From Octopus vulgaris (Eukaryota), in NCBI GenBank assembly GCA_951406725.2, contig OX597836.1, forward strand, positions 26,660,001 through 26,724,000: a stretch of DNA of 64,000 nucleotides, in the 5' to 3' direction. Numbering within the stretch: the stretch's first letter is position 1; the number at the start of each line of letters is the position of its first letter. Positions 24,707 through 36,480 of this stretch are shown in pieces. Under the pieces are notes generated by a model. It was not told where the DNA came from. It worked only from the letters and a program-made list of their open reading frames with translations, and ran no database searches. The position numbers and the translations under genes were made by a program.

Positions 24707-25490
24707 CTGAAAGAAAAAAAATAAAACCATATTTTTCAAAAATTATTTCATCCTTCATTTCAATATCATCATCATCACTTTAGAACAGCACCAAGAATAA
24801 CAGAATACAACAAAATATTGAAGCAAACAGATGAGGAATACAGAGCAAAACTAATTTAATTTTGCTCTGAATATAAACAATTACAGAATCCCCATTAAAA
24901 GCAAAGCCTCTCTGCATTTTATTTTGACATTGCTTACAGCCAATTTACATAGCAGCATTTTATTGGGGCCTCATGATAATAGGCAGTAAGGCTGTAAAAT
25001 ATTCTGGTCCAATATTACCATAGCAACAAACTTAAATTATAGCCACAAAGCCAAACCATTGGCTGGCTTCTCTCTCTTCTCTCTCTCCTTTTTTTTTTTT
25101 TTTTTTTTTTGAGGCAGGCAACACTAATTTCTAATCTTTGTAGTCACCTGGATTGATCTCCAGTAAACAAGAAGTCTGTATCATAAGACCCTACAATGAT
25201 GGCATGGTTGCTCTTGGTGAAATTTGAACTCAAAACAGTCAAGAATCAAGTTTTGCAATCTATTGTCCAATACTGTGAACAATAGGCACTGCTTGTCAGT
25301 AAGAGGCTATGGTAATTTCAGCAGAAGAATGATGCTGCAAGAATATCATTTTACATTTATTTATTTATTAAGACTGAAGAAGGGTTAACACGAAGCTGAC
25401 AAAAATAAAGAACTGAACTCAGAAAAATGAAAAACAAAAGTACTGTCTGTCAGAACAATACAAGACATCAGAAAAAGATAAGCTACATAC

Positions 25491-25579
25491 CTATCATGCG
25501 TTGGATACAGTTTCTCACCAATACTGGCAAGAAGCCATGATATAGAGATGCGCCAGTAGCATCTATTATTGCATTCAAT
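25491..25579 (-). CDS. HUWE1: HUWE1 exon 12 ([29 protein letters not shown])
   Basis: [14 protein letters not shown] motif; 89 nt, phase 2/1. Confidence 0.95.
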
Positions 25580-26261
25580 CTAGGAAAGAAAAATGTTCAA
25601 TAGAGTTATTTTGATTATTTAGGCAACTTGAAATAACAACGCCAATTCCTTGGGCCAAGAACACTAATAACAAAAGTAATTTCAAAAGGAAATCTAGCCT
25701 GGAGCCACCAACACTAATTTCTCATTGTAAGAGGAAATAGCAAGTAACATTTGCCACAGTAAATTAGCAGCGTAAGTGAAGTTACAGAATCATCTTCATT
25801 TAACTCTTTCGTTACTATATTTCTGACCAAAATACAGCCCTCATGAGTTTCAATTAAATTCCAAGATAATCATTAATTTAGATTGGTTTCATTAAACAAC
25901 TGTAACTTTTTTATTATCAACATATTAATGTGATATTTAGAACATAAAGGAAGGGTTCTTAATCAATTCTATTGTATAACTTTTGTCTCAAAGTGACTCT
26001 AATTACAGGTAAACTGAGCAAAAGGTAAAAATATTAAAATTTTGTTTAAACATCACTATAGAAAATGAATCATCAGCTAATATTCAATTGGGTATGCAAC
26101 AAAATTTTGATATAGAATTGTGCACATCACTAGATTATCAGTTGAATTTAATGCACAAAAGAACAGGTGTACCATAAAGGTAAAATAAACTGAAATACTG
26201 GAATCCACTTAAATCCACCGCAAGTTTGACCGAACAAAAAAAAAAAAACGGTCAAAAAATA

Positions 26262-26818
26262 ATATACAGCCCTGTTATGGTATGGAAGTGATAAATTCCA
26301 GACCACATGGTCCCCTAGGCCATGCTGACTAACATTATTTTCCCCATATAAAAACTAAATCCACGGCAGTACCCAGTATTTGCTTCACAAATTTTCCAAA
26401 CTTTGATCCCCCATTTTGTGGCCTTTCCTGGCACATACTGTTTGTTTACATTCTGCGTAACAGTTTGTTTCCGCAGTGATCGCTTCAAACAAGCATACTG
26501 AAAAAAATAAATGTCTAATGGTTTTGCTTCCTAAGAAAGACTACAGATAGACCCCATCTCCTCAGAAAAATTGCTAATAAAAACATTTAAAAAATTTTTA
26601 ATTCATTCTGATGTAAAATCGTCTTTGCTGTCGCTATCGCCGCTTTCAGTTTCTTCAGAATCGCTGCTTTCGGTTTCAGATACAGAAATATCCTATTCAT
26701 TCTCGTACACCACATGCTTTTGTACCTCATTCATTCTTTTTCTCGCTATCTCCATATTTTCCGTTGAAAAACCTTTAAATTTGGAATCACTGCCTGATAG
26801 CATGAAACTCCTATCCAT
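26262..26818 (-). pseudogene. Decayed, internally deleted piggyBac-family transposase
   Basis: Minus strand gives an acidic N-terminus, ..AKPLD..FEAITAETNCYAE, then KQYVPGKATKWGIKVWKICEANTGYCRGFSFYMGK and GLGDHVVWNLSLPY (piggyBac DDD-region motifs), with stops and frameshifts. Confidence 0.85.
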
Positions 26819-27515
26819 CATAACCTAGATAAGCTAGCTTGTTATGCATGTTCAATGTGTGTGGAGGGTGTAAAATAAAGAAGGTCTGAGAGATGAATGT
26901 ATTTATTAAAGCTGATCGCCATGGGATTTAGACCGTTTTGTAATCATCATCATGTAGTACAACTTTCAGTTTGCAAAAAATTGTTCCTACACGTTTACAT
27001 TAATATACATACTCTGCATAATGCAATATAGTTGCATCTTCACAAATTAATGCAAACAGAAATGTCTCATCAAATCACAGGAATGTCATAGTTACATCAA
27101 CAGTTCCACTCTCACTTGCTATAAATAACTATTTTATCTGGTCTGACCATGTTTCAAGTTGATAATTATTTCATATTCTAACAGCCTGTCACACTAAACC
27201 GACATGAAATTATGGCTCACACACAAAAACAACAAAAATGCAAATTTCTTATCAATATGTCCACTGTATGAGGTGGCTGGGGTTAGGAAAGGCATCCAGC
27301 TGTAAAAACTATACCAAAACAGACACAGAAGCTTGGTGTGGTCTTCTACCTGGCCAGCTCTTGTCAAACCACCCAACCCATGTTAGCATGGAAGGCAGAC
27401 AATTATTTAAATGATGACGACGATGATGAATTTATAAGCATCCAAAATAAAAAAAACAACATTTCTATTAGGAACAAAAAAGTGAAGAATATAAGATGGG
27501 GGAAAAGAAGCTTAC

Positions 27516-27577
27516 TTTGGGTTTCTTTCTAAATGTATTATTGATGTTAGAGTCCGTAATGCAGCAGCCTTGATATC
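27516..27577 (-). CDS. HUWE1: HUWE1 exon 11 (DIKAAALRTLTSIIHLERNP)
   Basis: 62 nt, phase 0/2. Confidence 0.95.
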
Positions 27578-29249
27578 CTGCAACAAAAACAACCAAACAA
27601 TTAAGTACATTACATATCTTAAGATAATTAATTGAATTAGTTTTTCACAGATATTCAAAACAAAGAAAAGGAAAATGCTGACATTTTAATTTTTAATGTT
27701 GAATGCCTTTTACTTCTACCAGATTGAGAAACAAAAGACTTATTTTCCCAAGAAAACAATATTTAAATCAATAAAAAGATAAAGTATACAAGAATCCTCA
27801 TTCATATATGGCAATCACACAGCAGACCTTCGAGCAGAGAGGAAAGAACAAACCTCAAGCCTTTTTAATTCTCAGTCCTCTCACATTTTCCCCCATTACA
27901 ACCCCATAAACCCAGATGGCTTATATATCTTAAAATTCTGTTTTAGGCAAAAGGAACAGCTAATTATGTCAATGAATCTTTTCTATAGCTTCAATAGTAT
28001 CAGAATTTCTATATAAATTTCAGCAATAGATATAGAATAAATGTTTAAAATGCTATAAAAAAACTCGTTTCCTTGACAATTACTTTTTAAACATTATGAA
28101 ATATTTAATAAAATCTAGCGAAATAAAGCGACTCCACCCCCAAGCAGTATATATGAATACATATAAAGGATAAAAATCTAAACAGTCAAAAACTAAGCTA
28201 AATATGTCGTTAACATAAATATTGTGAAAATTAGCCAGGTAGTTTGATGGCAAATAATGCATATAAAAGTTTGTCTTGCAAATGCCACCTGCAGTGGTTC
28301 ATATCCTGCTGTCTACTTTTTATTTTCACAGGTTTTCTTTTATGCTATTATGTAAGCAATGGTGTTTTCACCACTAAGAATGCTGCTGTGAAAATATATT
28401 TCAGACTATCTATTTCTGTGTGTGACCTGAGAATGATATTCACAACATTGAGTTCCATGTGTTTAAATACCACCAGCTTTTATTTCACTATATTAGAAAT
28501 TTGAAATATTTTCTCAGCGTTTTGAATATTCCAAGTGAAAACAATACAAATTTGTTTTCAGTTCTTTGTAGTGTTTTTGTGTGCACACATCATTTTTTTT
28601 AAGAGAGGAAAGGTCTGTTCATATCATTATGTACTAGTTATTAATTGGAAAATGTTTGGTGAGGTGGGGATTAGTTGAGGCTAGAAACTTGCAATGCAGC
28701 AACTTCATACAGAAACTAATAAGAAAGCTTTGCATGGAAAGGTACAATTCATAGCTGGAGATAAGGAGTGAGAATGATACTGCACAGCTGACAAATGCTG
28801 CTCGCATACAAAGCTAGCGATACATCAGGTACTACAGCAATTAGTCAAGTCAGGTTATGAGGCAGTAAGAAACTAACTGTTCAAATACAATAAATTAATG
28901 AATATGCTCATGGCTGGGAATTGGAAGCCTCACAACTCCTGTGCAGACTGCTACAGCCCTCCCTTGCTACAACCGCTCCATTTTTTTGTTACTCACTAGC
29001 CTATTTTCCATTCCCATAAACCACAAGGATGTGGGATCAGAAATTTGTGACCTGCTAACTGTGGTCAAAATATTCTAGTTTGCGCTCTCAGCATCCTCAC
29101 CAACATTTGTTCCACTCCAATGTCCTAGGGGGACCAAATCAATTCCTTCTGTGTACCACCAAACAGAGCTCACCTGGAGCAGGTCATCTTGAATGGTGAA
29201 CAGAAGTATTTAAACGATAGCAAAATGACGATTACAATGCACTACTCAC

Positions 29250-29350
29250 CACAATATCCATATCTTTTAATTCAATTATATCAACCAGTTCTTCAATAAG
29301 ACCAGGATATAGCAAGGCATTCATGTTGTCTTGAATGGCATTAGAATATA
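29250..29350 (-). CDS. HUWE1: HUWE1 exon 10 (YSNAIQDNMNALLYPGLIEELVDIIELKDMDIV)
   Basis: 101 nt, phase 1/0. Confidence 0.95.
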
Positions 29351-29546
29351 CTGGAAAGGAAAAACATTCTAACGTTAAATACAAACCAAAATATGCAACT
29401 TTTATATTTTAAAATAAAATAGAACAGAATAAAGAAAAAAGAAAATGCCGCAGAAACAAATATTTGTGTGCCTGCATGAATATACAATCATTATGAATTT
29501 TGTTAAATTCTTTAGTCTTATGTCTTGAAAGGAAAACTGAACTCAC

Positions 29547-29646
29547 CAAGTACTGATAATGCCTGAAGTCGGGCCTGCACACACTGTATTCTAGCTTCAT
29601 ATTTGGAGAACAAATAAGCTAATCTAATATGAGTATATAGAAGCAT
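29547..29646 (-). CDS. HUWE1: HUWE1 exon 9 (MLLYTHIRLAYLFSKYEARIQCVQARLQALSVL)
   Basis: 100 nt, phase 0/1. Confidence 0.95.
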
Positions 29647-29682
29647 CTGAAAATATAAAAAAGAAAGAAAAAATGAAAGATA

Positions 29683-30166
29683 TCATCATCGTAGTCATCA
29701 TTTAACGTCCGCTTTCCATGCTGGCATGGGTTGGACGGTTTGACTGAGGACTGGTGAGCCAGAAGTTGCACCAGGCTCAATCAGATCTGGCAGAGTTTCT
29801 ACAGCTGGATGCCCTTCCTAACACCAACCACTCCGAGAGTGTAGTGGGTGTTTTTAGGTGCCACCAGCACAAAGGCCAGGCAGGCAGTTTTGGCAACGGC
29901 CACGCTCAGAAGGGTTTTTTTTATGTGCCACCTGCACGGGAATCAGTCAGGCAGCACTGGCAATGACCACGCTCGAACGTTGTCTTTCACATACCACTGG
30001 CACATATGCCGGTAAGGTGACGCTGGTAATGATCACATTCGAATGGCGCTTTTTACATGCCATTGGCATGGGAGCCAAACCACAGCCCTGGCAACGGTCA
30101 TGCTTGGATGTGCTTTTAATGCTCCACTGGCATGAGTGCCAATCAGGTGGTACTGTCATCGGCCAC
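29683..30166 (-). mobile_element. Family E retroposon with internal ~55-60-bp tandem repeats
   Basis: Family E 3' end followed by ~5 degenerate units of tttta(c/t)gtgccac..gcac...ggcaacgaccacgctcga. Confidence 0.8.
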
Positions 30167-30313
30167 ATAAAAAATAGCTAAAAGCAAAAACTATAAACGT
30201 ACAACACTAACAACTGTTCCAACATATAAACCATCCCATACGTACAAGTATGGTTTTTTTTTTTTTTTTACAATAAAGATATTTTCCAAGAAGAGAGATA
30301 TTTTATAGCTCAC

Positions 30314-30430
30314 CTGTCGGTCCTCTGGGATGCTGAAACTGTTAATTAACTCTTCCATTATTTCAGATGGCACCTTTCCACACTTGTCTACACTTTCCAT
30401 ATGAATGCAGGTTATGACATTGGCAGAACC
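30314..30430 (-). CDS. HUWE1: HUWE1 exon 8 (GSANVITCIHMESVDK...SIPEDRQ)
   Basis: 117 nt; AAG acceptor, CAG|GTGAGC donor. Confidence 0.92.
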
Positions 30431-31143
30431 CTTTATAAAAAGAAAAACAAAGGTACAATTATCAATCATTAAAACACAAATATAAGGAAAAGTATCCAGT
30501 GATGGACGCCTTTCCTTACACCAACCACTTTGCTTAAAGGCACTGGGTACAGTCTATTGTGACACCAGCCCCACAGAAATTGTCTGGTGCCCAGCAAGAC
30601 TAAAGAATCCTCTTTAGTTCACATGTTCGCCAACCTTTTGCCTCACCAGCACCAGAATGTTGCCTTGTCCCTGAAAAAGACTCAGCAGTCTTTGTTCTCT
30701 GCACTTTTCCATGTCTGCACCCTTCTTTCCCAACACAACAGAGTCGGAAGGGAGCCAGAGTGAGAGGGAGATAGAGGGAGTGGGATGAGAGTGTGATGAA
30801 TAACAATGAAGATAGAGGATGGCAAGAGAGAAACAGTTAGCAAAAAAGAAGAGTGATAGATGAGAGTTGAATATGGACAGATCCTAAGTAATAGCATTCC
30901 ATATAAACACAGAGGTCTGGTGGAACAAACAAAGGAAAGAGCACTCAATACATATACATATGCTTATATATGTATACAGACACAAATATACACAAGCTTA
31001 TTCACAAATGCTCACACACACACACACACACACACACACATTCACGTGTGTATAAATTACATTACGTCACTCTTACATCCACCTTTCCAAACTGTGCAGG
31101 TTGATAACTGGATGTTTCAAACTAATGGAGCAGAATAGTGTAC

Positions 31144-31218
31144 CTTTTTCCCACTTTTTTCATCTTTGTTCTCGGCATAGAATTCAAAATGGAGTGTAGT
31201 AGCACTGGGAGAAAAATT
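31144..31218 (-). CDS. HUWE1: HUWE1 exon 7 (NFSPSATTLHFEFYAENKDEKSGKK)
   Basis: SATTLHFEFYA motif; 75 nt; weak donor AAG|GTACAC. Confidence 0.92.
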
Positions 31219-31814
31219 CTGCAATTAGAAGTAAATTTAATGATATTGCTATGAACACAAAAGCGAAATACTAATAAGGACAGGCTTTTAAAGACTACAG
31301 AAAAGATGACCCCTTTTACTAGAGGAAGATTGAAGAACAAGGAAGGGGAGGAGAAAGAAGAGTCCGATTTTATAAATTTATTTTCCCATGTCTTGAAGAA
31401 TACACAAAAATCTAAATATTAAAAAGGCATTATTAAAACACCTTCACAATACATTTTCAGAAATGCAAAAAGAGAGATGATATCCGATGAATGTACCAGT
31501 TGTTCTCTATAATCATTTAATATACATGTGTGAAGTTGATTGTGGTTTCGATTCACTAACAGGCAGTGTACTGTGTTCTTGAGCGAAGAAAAGTTCGTTT
31601 CACATTACTCCAGTCCAGTCAGCTGTGAATGGGTACACTCTGCAATGGAATGGTGTTCTATTCAGGAGGAAGGTCGGCCTGTTCATCTAACCAGTGGAAT
31701 GGTATCATTTGAAAGCTACAACAATGCACATTGTGACCAGCAGTGTATAACATCCGACAGTGTGATCGATACAGATAGATATTTCATTTCCATATTTGGT
31801 TTGCAAGATTCTTG

Positions 31815-32510
31815 ATGTGAATTTGTGGGTTGAAACAAATCTTGTGTCTAAGGAGGGTCGTTACTCTAATGAAAATTAGGATAAACACACATACAGCTTC
31901 AATACCACTTCTTTATTTTACCACCTAATTATTCAATGGTCTGTTTAATGTGTGGATTGAACAATCAAACAGGTGTTAGCTTTCAATTAGAATCCTTTCA
32001 TCACCATCCATGACCTAATCGATGACATGCCTTCATTCTTCAAGGTATGCTTTGAGGCTAGGTCAGTTGGAAGGCCATCCTGGCACTTCAAAGACAAAAG
32101 ATAATCTGATGCAATGCAACATTCCCTTTTCTTCCTGGGAATATAAAGTATCAGAACGCAGGACCTGGCACCAATCCTGCTTCTCTTCAGTTCAATGATT
32201 TCAAGTCAACTCCAACATCAGGACCAACTTTGTACAAGCATGAAGGCATGCTGGCAAAATGCTGCGCACTAAATGGAAACCTTACTTGCCGCTGTGGTTT
32301 TGTGGCACAAAGCAAAAGGCCTTGCTGTCCACTCAAGAAAACAAATAGTAAATGATACAAAAGCATTTAAGCAAACTGAGACCTCAACCTGTTCCATTAG
32401 CCAAAAGGTTTGCAAGGCACCAGTAGGCCTCAAGAGACTCATTCGTGTCCATAGAACATGATTAACATTAATCATTTATCAAACCCTCATTTGTTGTTCA
32501 CAAGAATTCA
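31815..32510 (+). mobile_element. Decayed RTE-clade LINE, ORF C-terminal fragment
   Basis: RSVGRPSWHFKD / KDNLMQCNIPFSSWEYKVSERRTW, and a terminal C2H2-like CSISQKVCKAPVGLKRLIRVH. Confidence 0.7.
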
Positions 32511-32512
32511 TC

Positions 32513-32544
<32 letters not shown>

Positions 32545-32656
32545 ATAAATAAACATATATAAATATATATAAACATAAATAAACATAAACAAATATAAAC
32601 ACATCTATAAATATATAAAAATATATATAAATATAAATAAAAATAAATATATATGT

Positions 32657-32961
32657 GGAGGTGCAATGGCCCAATGGTTAGGGCTGCGGACTCATGGTTG
32701 TAGGATCGCGATTTTGATTCCCAGACCGGGCATTGTGTTTATTGAGCGAAAACACCTAAAGCTCTGTGAGGCTCCGGCAGGGGGTAGTGGCGATCCCTGC
32801 TGTACTCTTTTGCCACAACTTTCTCTCACTCTTTCTTCTGTTGGCCTGCTCGCTTAGCCAGCAGGATGGCGGCATTTGAAGGCTAAAACAATGTGAAGCG
32901 CATTGTGACCAGCGATGTGTAGCAACATCTGATAGCCTGGCCGGTCACGATGATCATGGTG

Positions 32962-32963
<2 letters not shown>
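32657..32963 (+). mobile_element. SINE family C with a different 3' tail
   Basis: First ~175 bp nearly identical to the 19131 copy; tail shared with 31527-31775. Confidence 0.85.
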
Positions 32964-32992
<29 letters not shown>

Positions 32993-33633
32993 AATAAAAA
33001 GAAACACCTCTGGTAGTAGGGCATGCAGACATAATTTAAAGTAGACTTGCTTTGTCAATGAGTTATGTGAAAATAATTTCTACAATATCATTTCACCACT
33101 GTATTGCAGTGAATGGTTAAAACTCACTAGGCAAATACTGGGGCTTTATTATTTCAACAACAATACTAAATCTCCCACAGAATTTACAGCTATGCCTATG
33201 TCACAATAGAGTCATCATCTGAATGCATGTCCACTTCTGTTAGTTTTTCTAGCTACTTCAATTTGGAATACAATCTATCCTTCATTATCGTCAGCAGTTA
33301 TACGTATTGCCAAACAAACATAAAAATTAAATTCATCATTTTTAAAGTGCATGTATAATACGTTAGGCAAGTATTTGCATCTTATTTGCAATATCAGAAT
33401 TAAAAGATGTCCCCCGTATTCGTAAACATTAGCAGGAATGTATGGAGGAATGTGTATTAAATCAATGTCTGAGAATATACATAACCAGAGTAACTGGTTT
33501 GACAATGAGATCTCCTTTTGTCACTCATCGTGGGATGAGAGAATATGAAAACACTTTACTATCACCTTATCTCAACCTACATTAGGGTTACGGACATTTT
33601 ATGTAAATATGCTACACTTCACTAATAACTAGG

Positions 33634-33673
<40 letters not shown>

Positions 33674-33703
33674 TTTTATGCTACACTTTACTAATAACTA
33701 AGG

Positions 33704-33748
<45 letters not shown>

Positions 33749-33847
33749 TAAATTAGAGACAAAACCACTATTAGGCAAATCAAACAATGAAAGACTTAAG
33801 CCAATACATATGATTAATTTATATTATTTAAATATATAATTAATATC

Positions 33848-33910
33848 CCACTACGATCGTTTCCTGCCTGCTGTCTTCAAATTTTTGAGTCACAGTCATT
33901 CATCAGGTGG
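33848..33910 (-). ncRNA. Type I hammerhead ribozyme motif (Penelope/retrozyme-like), on the HUWE1 sense strand in intron 6
   Basis: Minus strand reads CCAC-CUGAUGA-[imperfect stem II]-GAAA-CGAUCG-UA-GUGG; helix I is CCAC/GUGG; helix III is palindromic. Confidence 0.72.
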
Positions 33911-33970
33911 TTTAAATATTTTTCTTGGCGAGGTTTACACTAAATATTTCTCTTGGCGAGGTTTACACAA

Positions 33971-34023
<53 letters not shown>

Positions 34024-34648
34024 TTGTTTACTTAAAATTCAGAAAAAACATTCAGTAAATGAAGTAACCATATACTAATGCTAACCTATTATTCAACATT
34101 AGATATCTAAAACTTGCAATTCACATCAAACAAAGAATATGTCTACAGTTTAAAAATGAAGCCAACTCTTTCGTAGGGTTTTTTTTTTTGTTTTTTTTTT
34201 TTTTTGAGGTTTTCTTTCTGTATTTTAATGTATAAATTTACTGAGGTTCCATTAGATTTTGATTACGTCTTCAATTTTGTCCCATAATCAATGTTTACAG
34301 CCTCATATTCAAACACAATGTAACAAACTTAATGATATTGTAGAAATTATTTACACACAACTCATTGACGCAACAAATCTACTTTAAAACTCATTTTCAG
34401 CCTGGACCAACAAAGTAATTGGCTTTAACACCGACATCTTTAATTTTGTTCTTCATCTGAAGAATATGGAAAGTATTAATAACAAATTACTTCATGTAAT
34501 TTGTTATTAAGTAAATAAAGACATTGCTAAACAATGATAAACTCTAATGGAGAATTTGAACTGGTCTTTAGGAAAAGACAAGATTCAGAAAGAAAAAAAA
34601 AGGTATAAAAGGTGCATTTAATATGAATTTTGCAGAAATAAAACTTAC

Positions 34649-34711
34649 GGAAACAGGTATATTTTTACAACACTCAGCAAGACCAAAGCCATTTTCTTTT
34701 CCACCCCAACT
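34649..34711 (-). CDS. HUWE1: HUWE1 exon 6 (SWGGKENGFGLAECCKNIPVS)
   Basis: Conserved SWGGKENGFGLAECC; 63 nt. Confidence 0.95.
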
Positions 34712-34928
34712 CTGCAAGAAAAGAATTTAAAATTCATGGTATTTCGTCAATTGTGAATATTTAGTTTTATAAACAGTTTTCAGTTTTTCTTTTCTTCAGA
34801 AACAACTTTACAATGTAAACAGAGAAATTAACAATATAAGTAAATAGTTGATAACTTAGCTTCCTCAAAAGTTAATAGCAATATATATTATCCAGATCAT
34901 ATTTTTACCCTAGTCCAAAGCAATGATA

Positions 34929-35157
34929 TTAACCCTTTTGTTACCATATTTCTGTAAAGATGCTCTGTGTTTCTTTCAATTAATTTTAAATATAACAAAG
35001 AATTTAGTCAAATAAGTTAGTTAGTTATTAAGCTAGTGTCAGGAACATAAATTGTGACTAAGGTTTCATGGAAGATTTTAATCCAGAACTTATGGAAACA
35101 AGACATCTGTATTAGAGCCAGAGGCAATTTCAGCCGGATTGGTATCAAAAGGGTTAA
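34929..35157. mobile_element. piggyBac-type MITE, family 1 (opposite orientation to the 5852 copy)
   Basis: TTAA-cccttttgttacca ... tggtatcaaaaggg-TTAA; interior is the reverse complement of 5852-6080. Confidence 0.85.
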
Positions 35158-35538
35158 TGATAAATCCCATTTTCTCTATAATTACTAACCCCTTTTACTG
35201 CGGAGAGCAGATATATCTGCTCAAAATTTCATTACCCTTAACAGTGGAAAGTAGTTTTATATACCAATCTATCTTTTGTATGGGGAATATCATGTTTGAA
35301 ACTATTTTCTGTTGTGACACGTCAGTTTGAAGAGGCAACACAACTTGCAGAAAATATTAATTCTAGTTTTGGTAGATATTTAACATTACTGGAATAACCA
35401 GGAAATTTAATTTCACAGTGAAAGGGTTGATAGTTCTTGTGATTTACCTTACTGCCAAGCAACCAAGAAATGGCAATTGGCTGAAATAAGATTTTGTATT
35501 CTGCAAGGACTTCTCAGAATTAAGGAATTTCTGACAGT

Positions 35539-35996
35539 TTAAACCTTTAGCATTCAGATTACCCTATCAAATGTAATGCTTATTCATTCACATGGTTTTG
35601 AATTAATCATGTATTATCTCATATCTTCAAGATTTCAATGATGTGGTTGCTTATTTTTTTAGAATGACATTGTAGGGCAGGCATGAAAGATTGGATTTGG
35701 ATGGTTTAACCCTTTAGCATTTAAACCGGCCATATCCAGCCAAAAGTATTCTACCTGTTTTATGTTCAAACTGGCTAGATCTGGTCTCTCACACCAGCCC
35801 TACAATATCGTTTGAAAAATTCACAGCTACCTCATCAAAATCTCATAGCTACAAGATAATGCCTGATTAGTTCAAGGCAATGTGGATAAAAAAGGATTAA
35901 TTTTGGCAGAATAATGCGAACACTAAAGGGTTAAGCATAAAAAGATGTAGAATATTTGGGGCCAGATATGGCTGGTTTGAATGCTAAGGGATTGAA
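35539..35996. mobile_element. Nested piggyBac-type MITEs, family 2 (inner copy 35706-35934)
   Basis: Inner TTAA-ccctttag ... ctaaaggg-TTAA sits in opposite orientation at an internal TTAA of an outer copy. Confidence 0.85.
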
Positions 35997-36119
35997 CTGT
36001 ACACATTAGATGCCTGAATTATTAAACAATGTTTGCACAAATATGCAAATCCAACATACGAGAATACGAAGATGTTTTCACTAAAACATTTCCTCCTGTT
36101 CAAACTACTATTTCCTTAC

Positions 36120-36198
36120 CTCAGCCAAGTGTGTAAGTCTAGATATGAGACTTTGCTTCTTCTCCACACCCAACCTGGTAATGAAGTTGGAACGTTTT
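36120..36198 (-). CDS. HUWE1: HUWE1 exon 5 (KRSNFITRLGVEKKQSLISRLTHLAE)
   Basis: 79 nt, phase 2/0, AG/GT. Confidence 0.95.
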
Positions 36199-36480
36199 CT
36201 ACAAAACAAATGAGAAAAAAGAGAAAAACAAATGAGAACAAGAATCATTTCTATTACAATTGATTTAATTGCAAATCAATATATACCTGGTGCAGCTCCC
36301 CGGCTTACCAGTTTTCTATCAAACCGTCCAACCCATACCAGCATGGAAAGCAGATGTTAAATGAAAATAATGAATGGTGAAATATTTACAAATATTTTTA
36401 AATGTGATTTCGGCTCAAGCTGGGATGCTCACTATTGTGTTTAGTGAATTTCCGGCCATATTATCCAATATTTTACGATA

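Noticed and set aside
33290-33340. Possible C/D box snoRNA (AUGAUGA...CUGA on the minus strand)
   Set aside because: Too short, very AT-rich, no terminal stem and no recognisable rRNA guide
35821-35834. let-7 seed match (TGAGGTAG on the minus strand); checked because vertebrate HUWE1 hosts let-7f-2 and miR-98
   Set aside because: Only 8 nt match, the rest differs from let-7, and it lies inside a MITE. I saw no let-7-like hairpin in the window.
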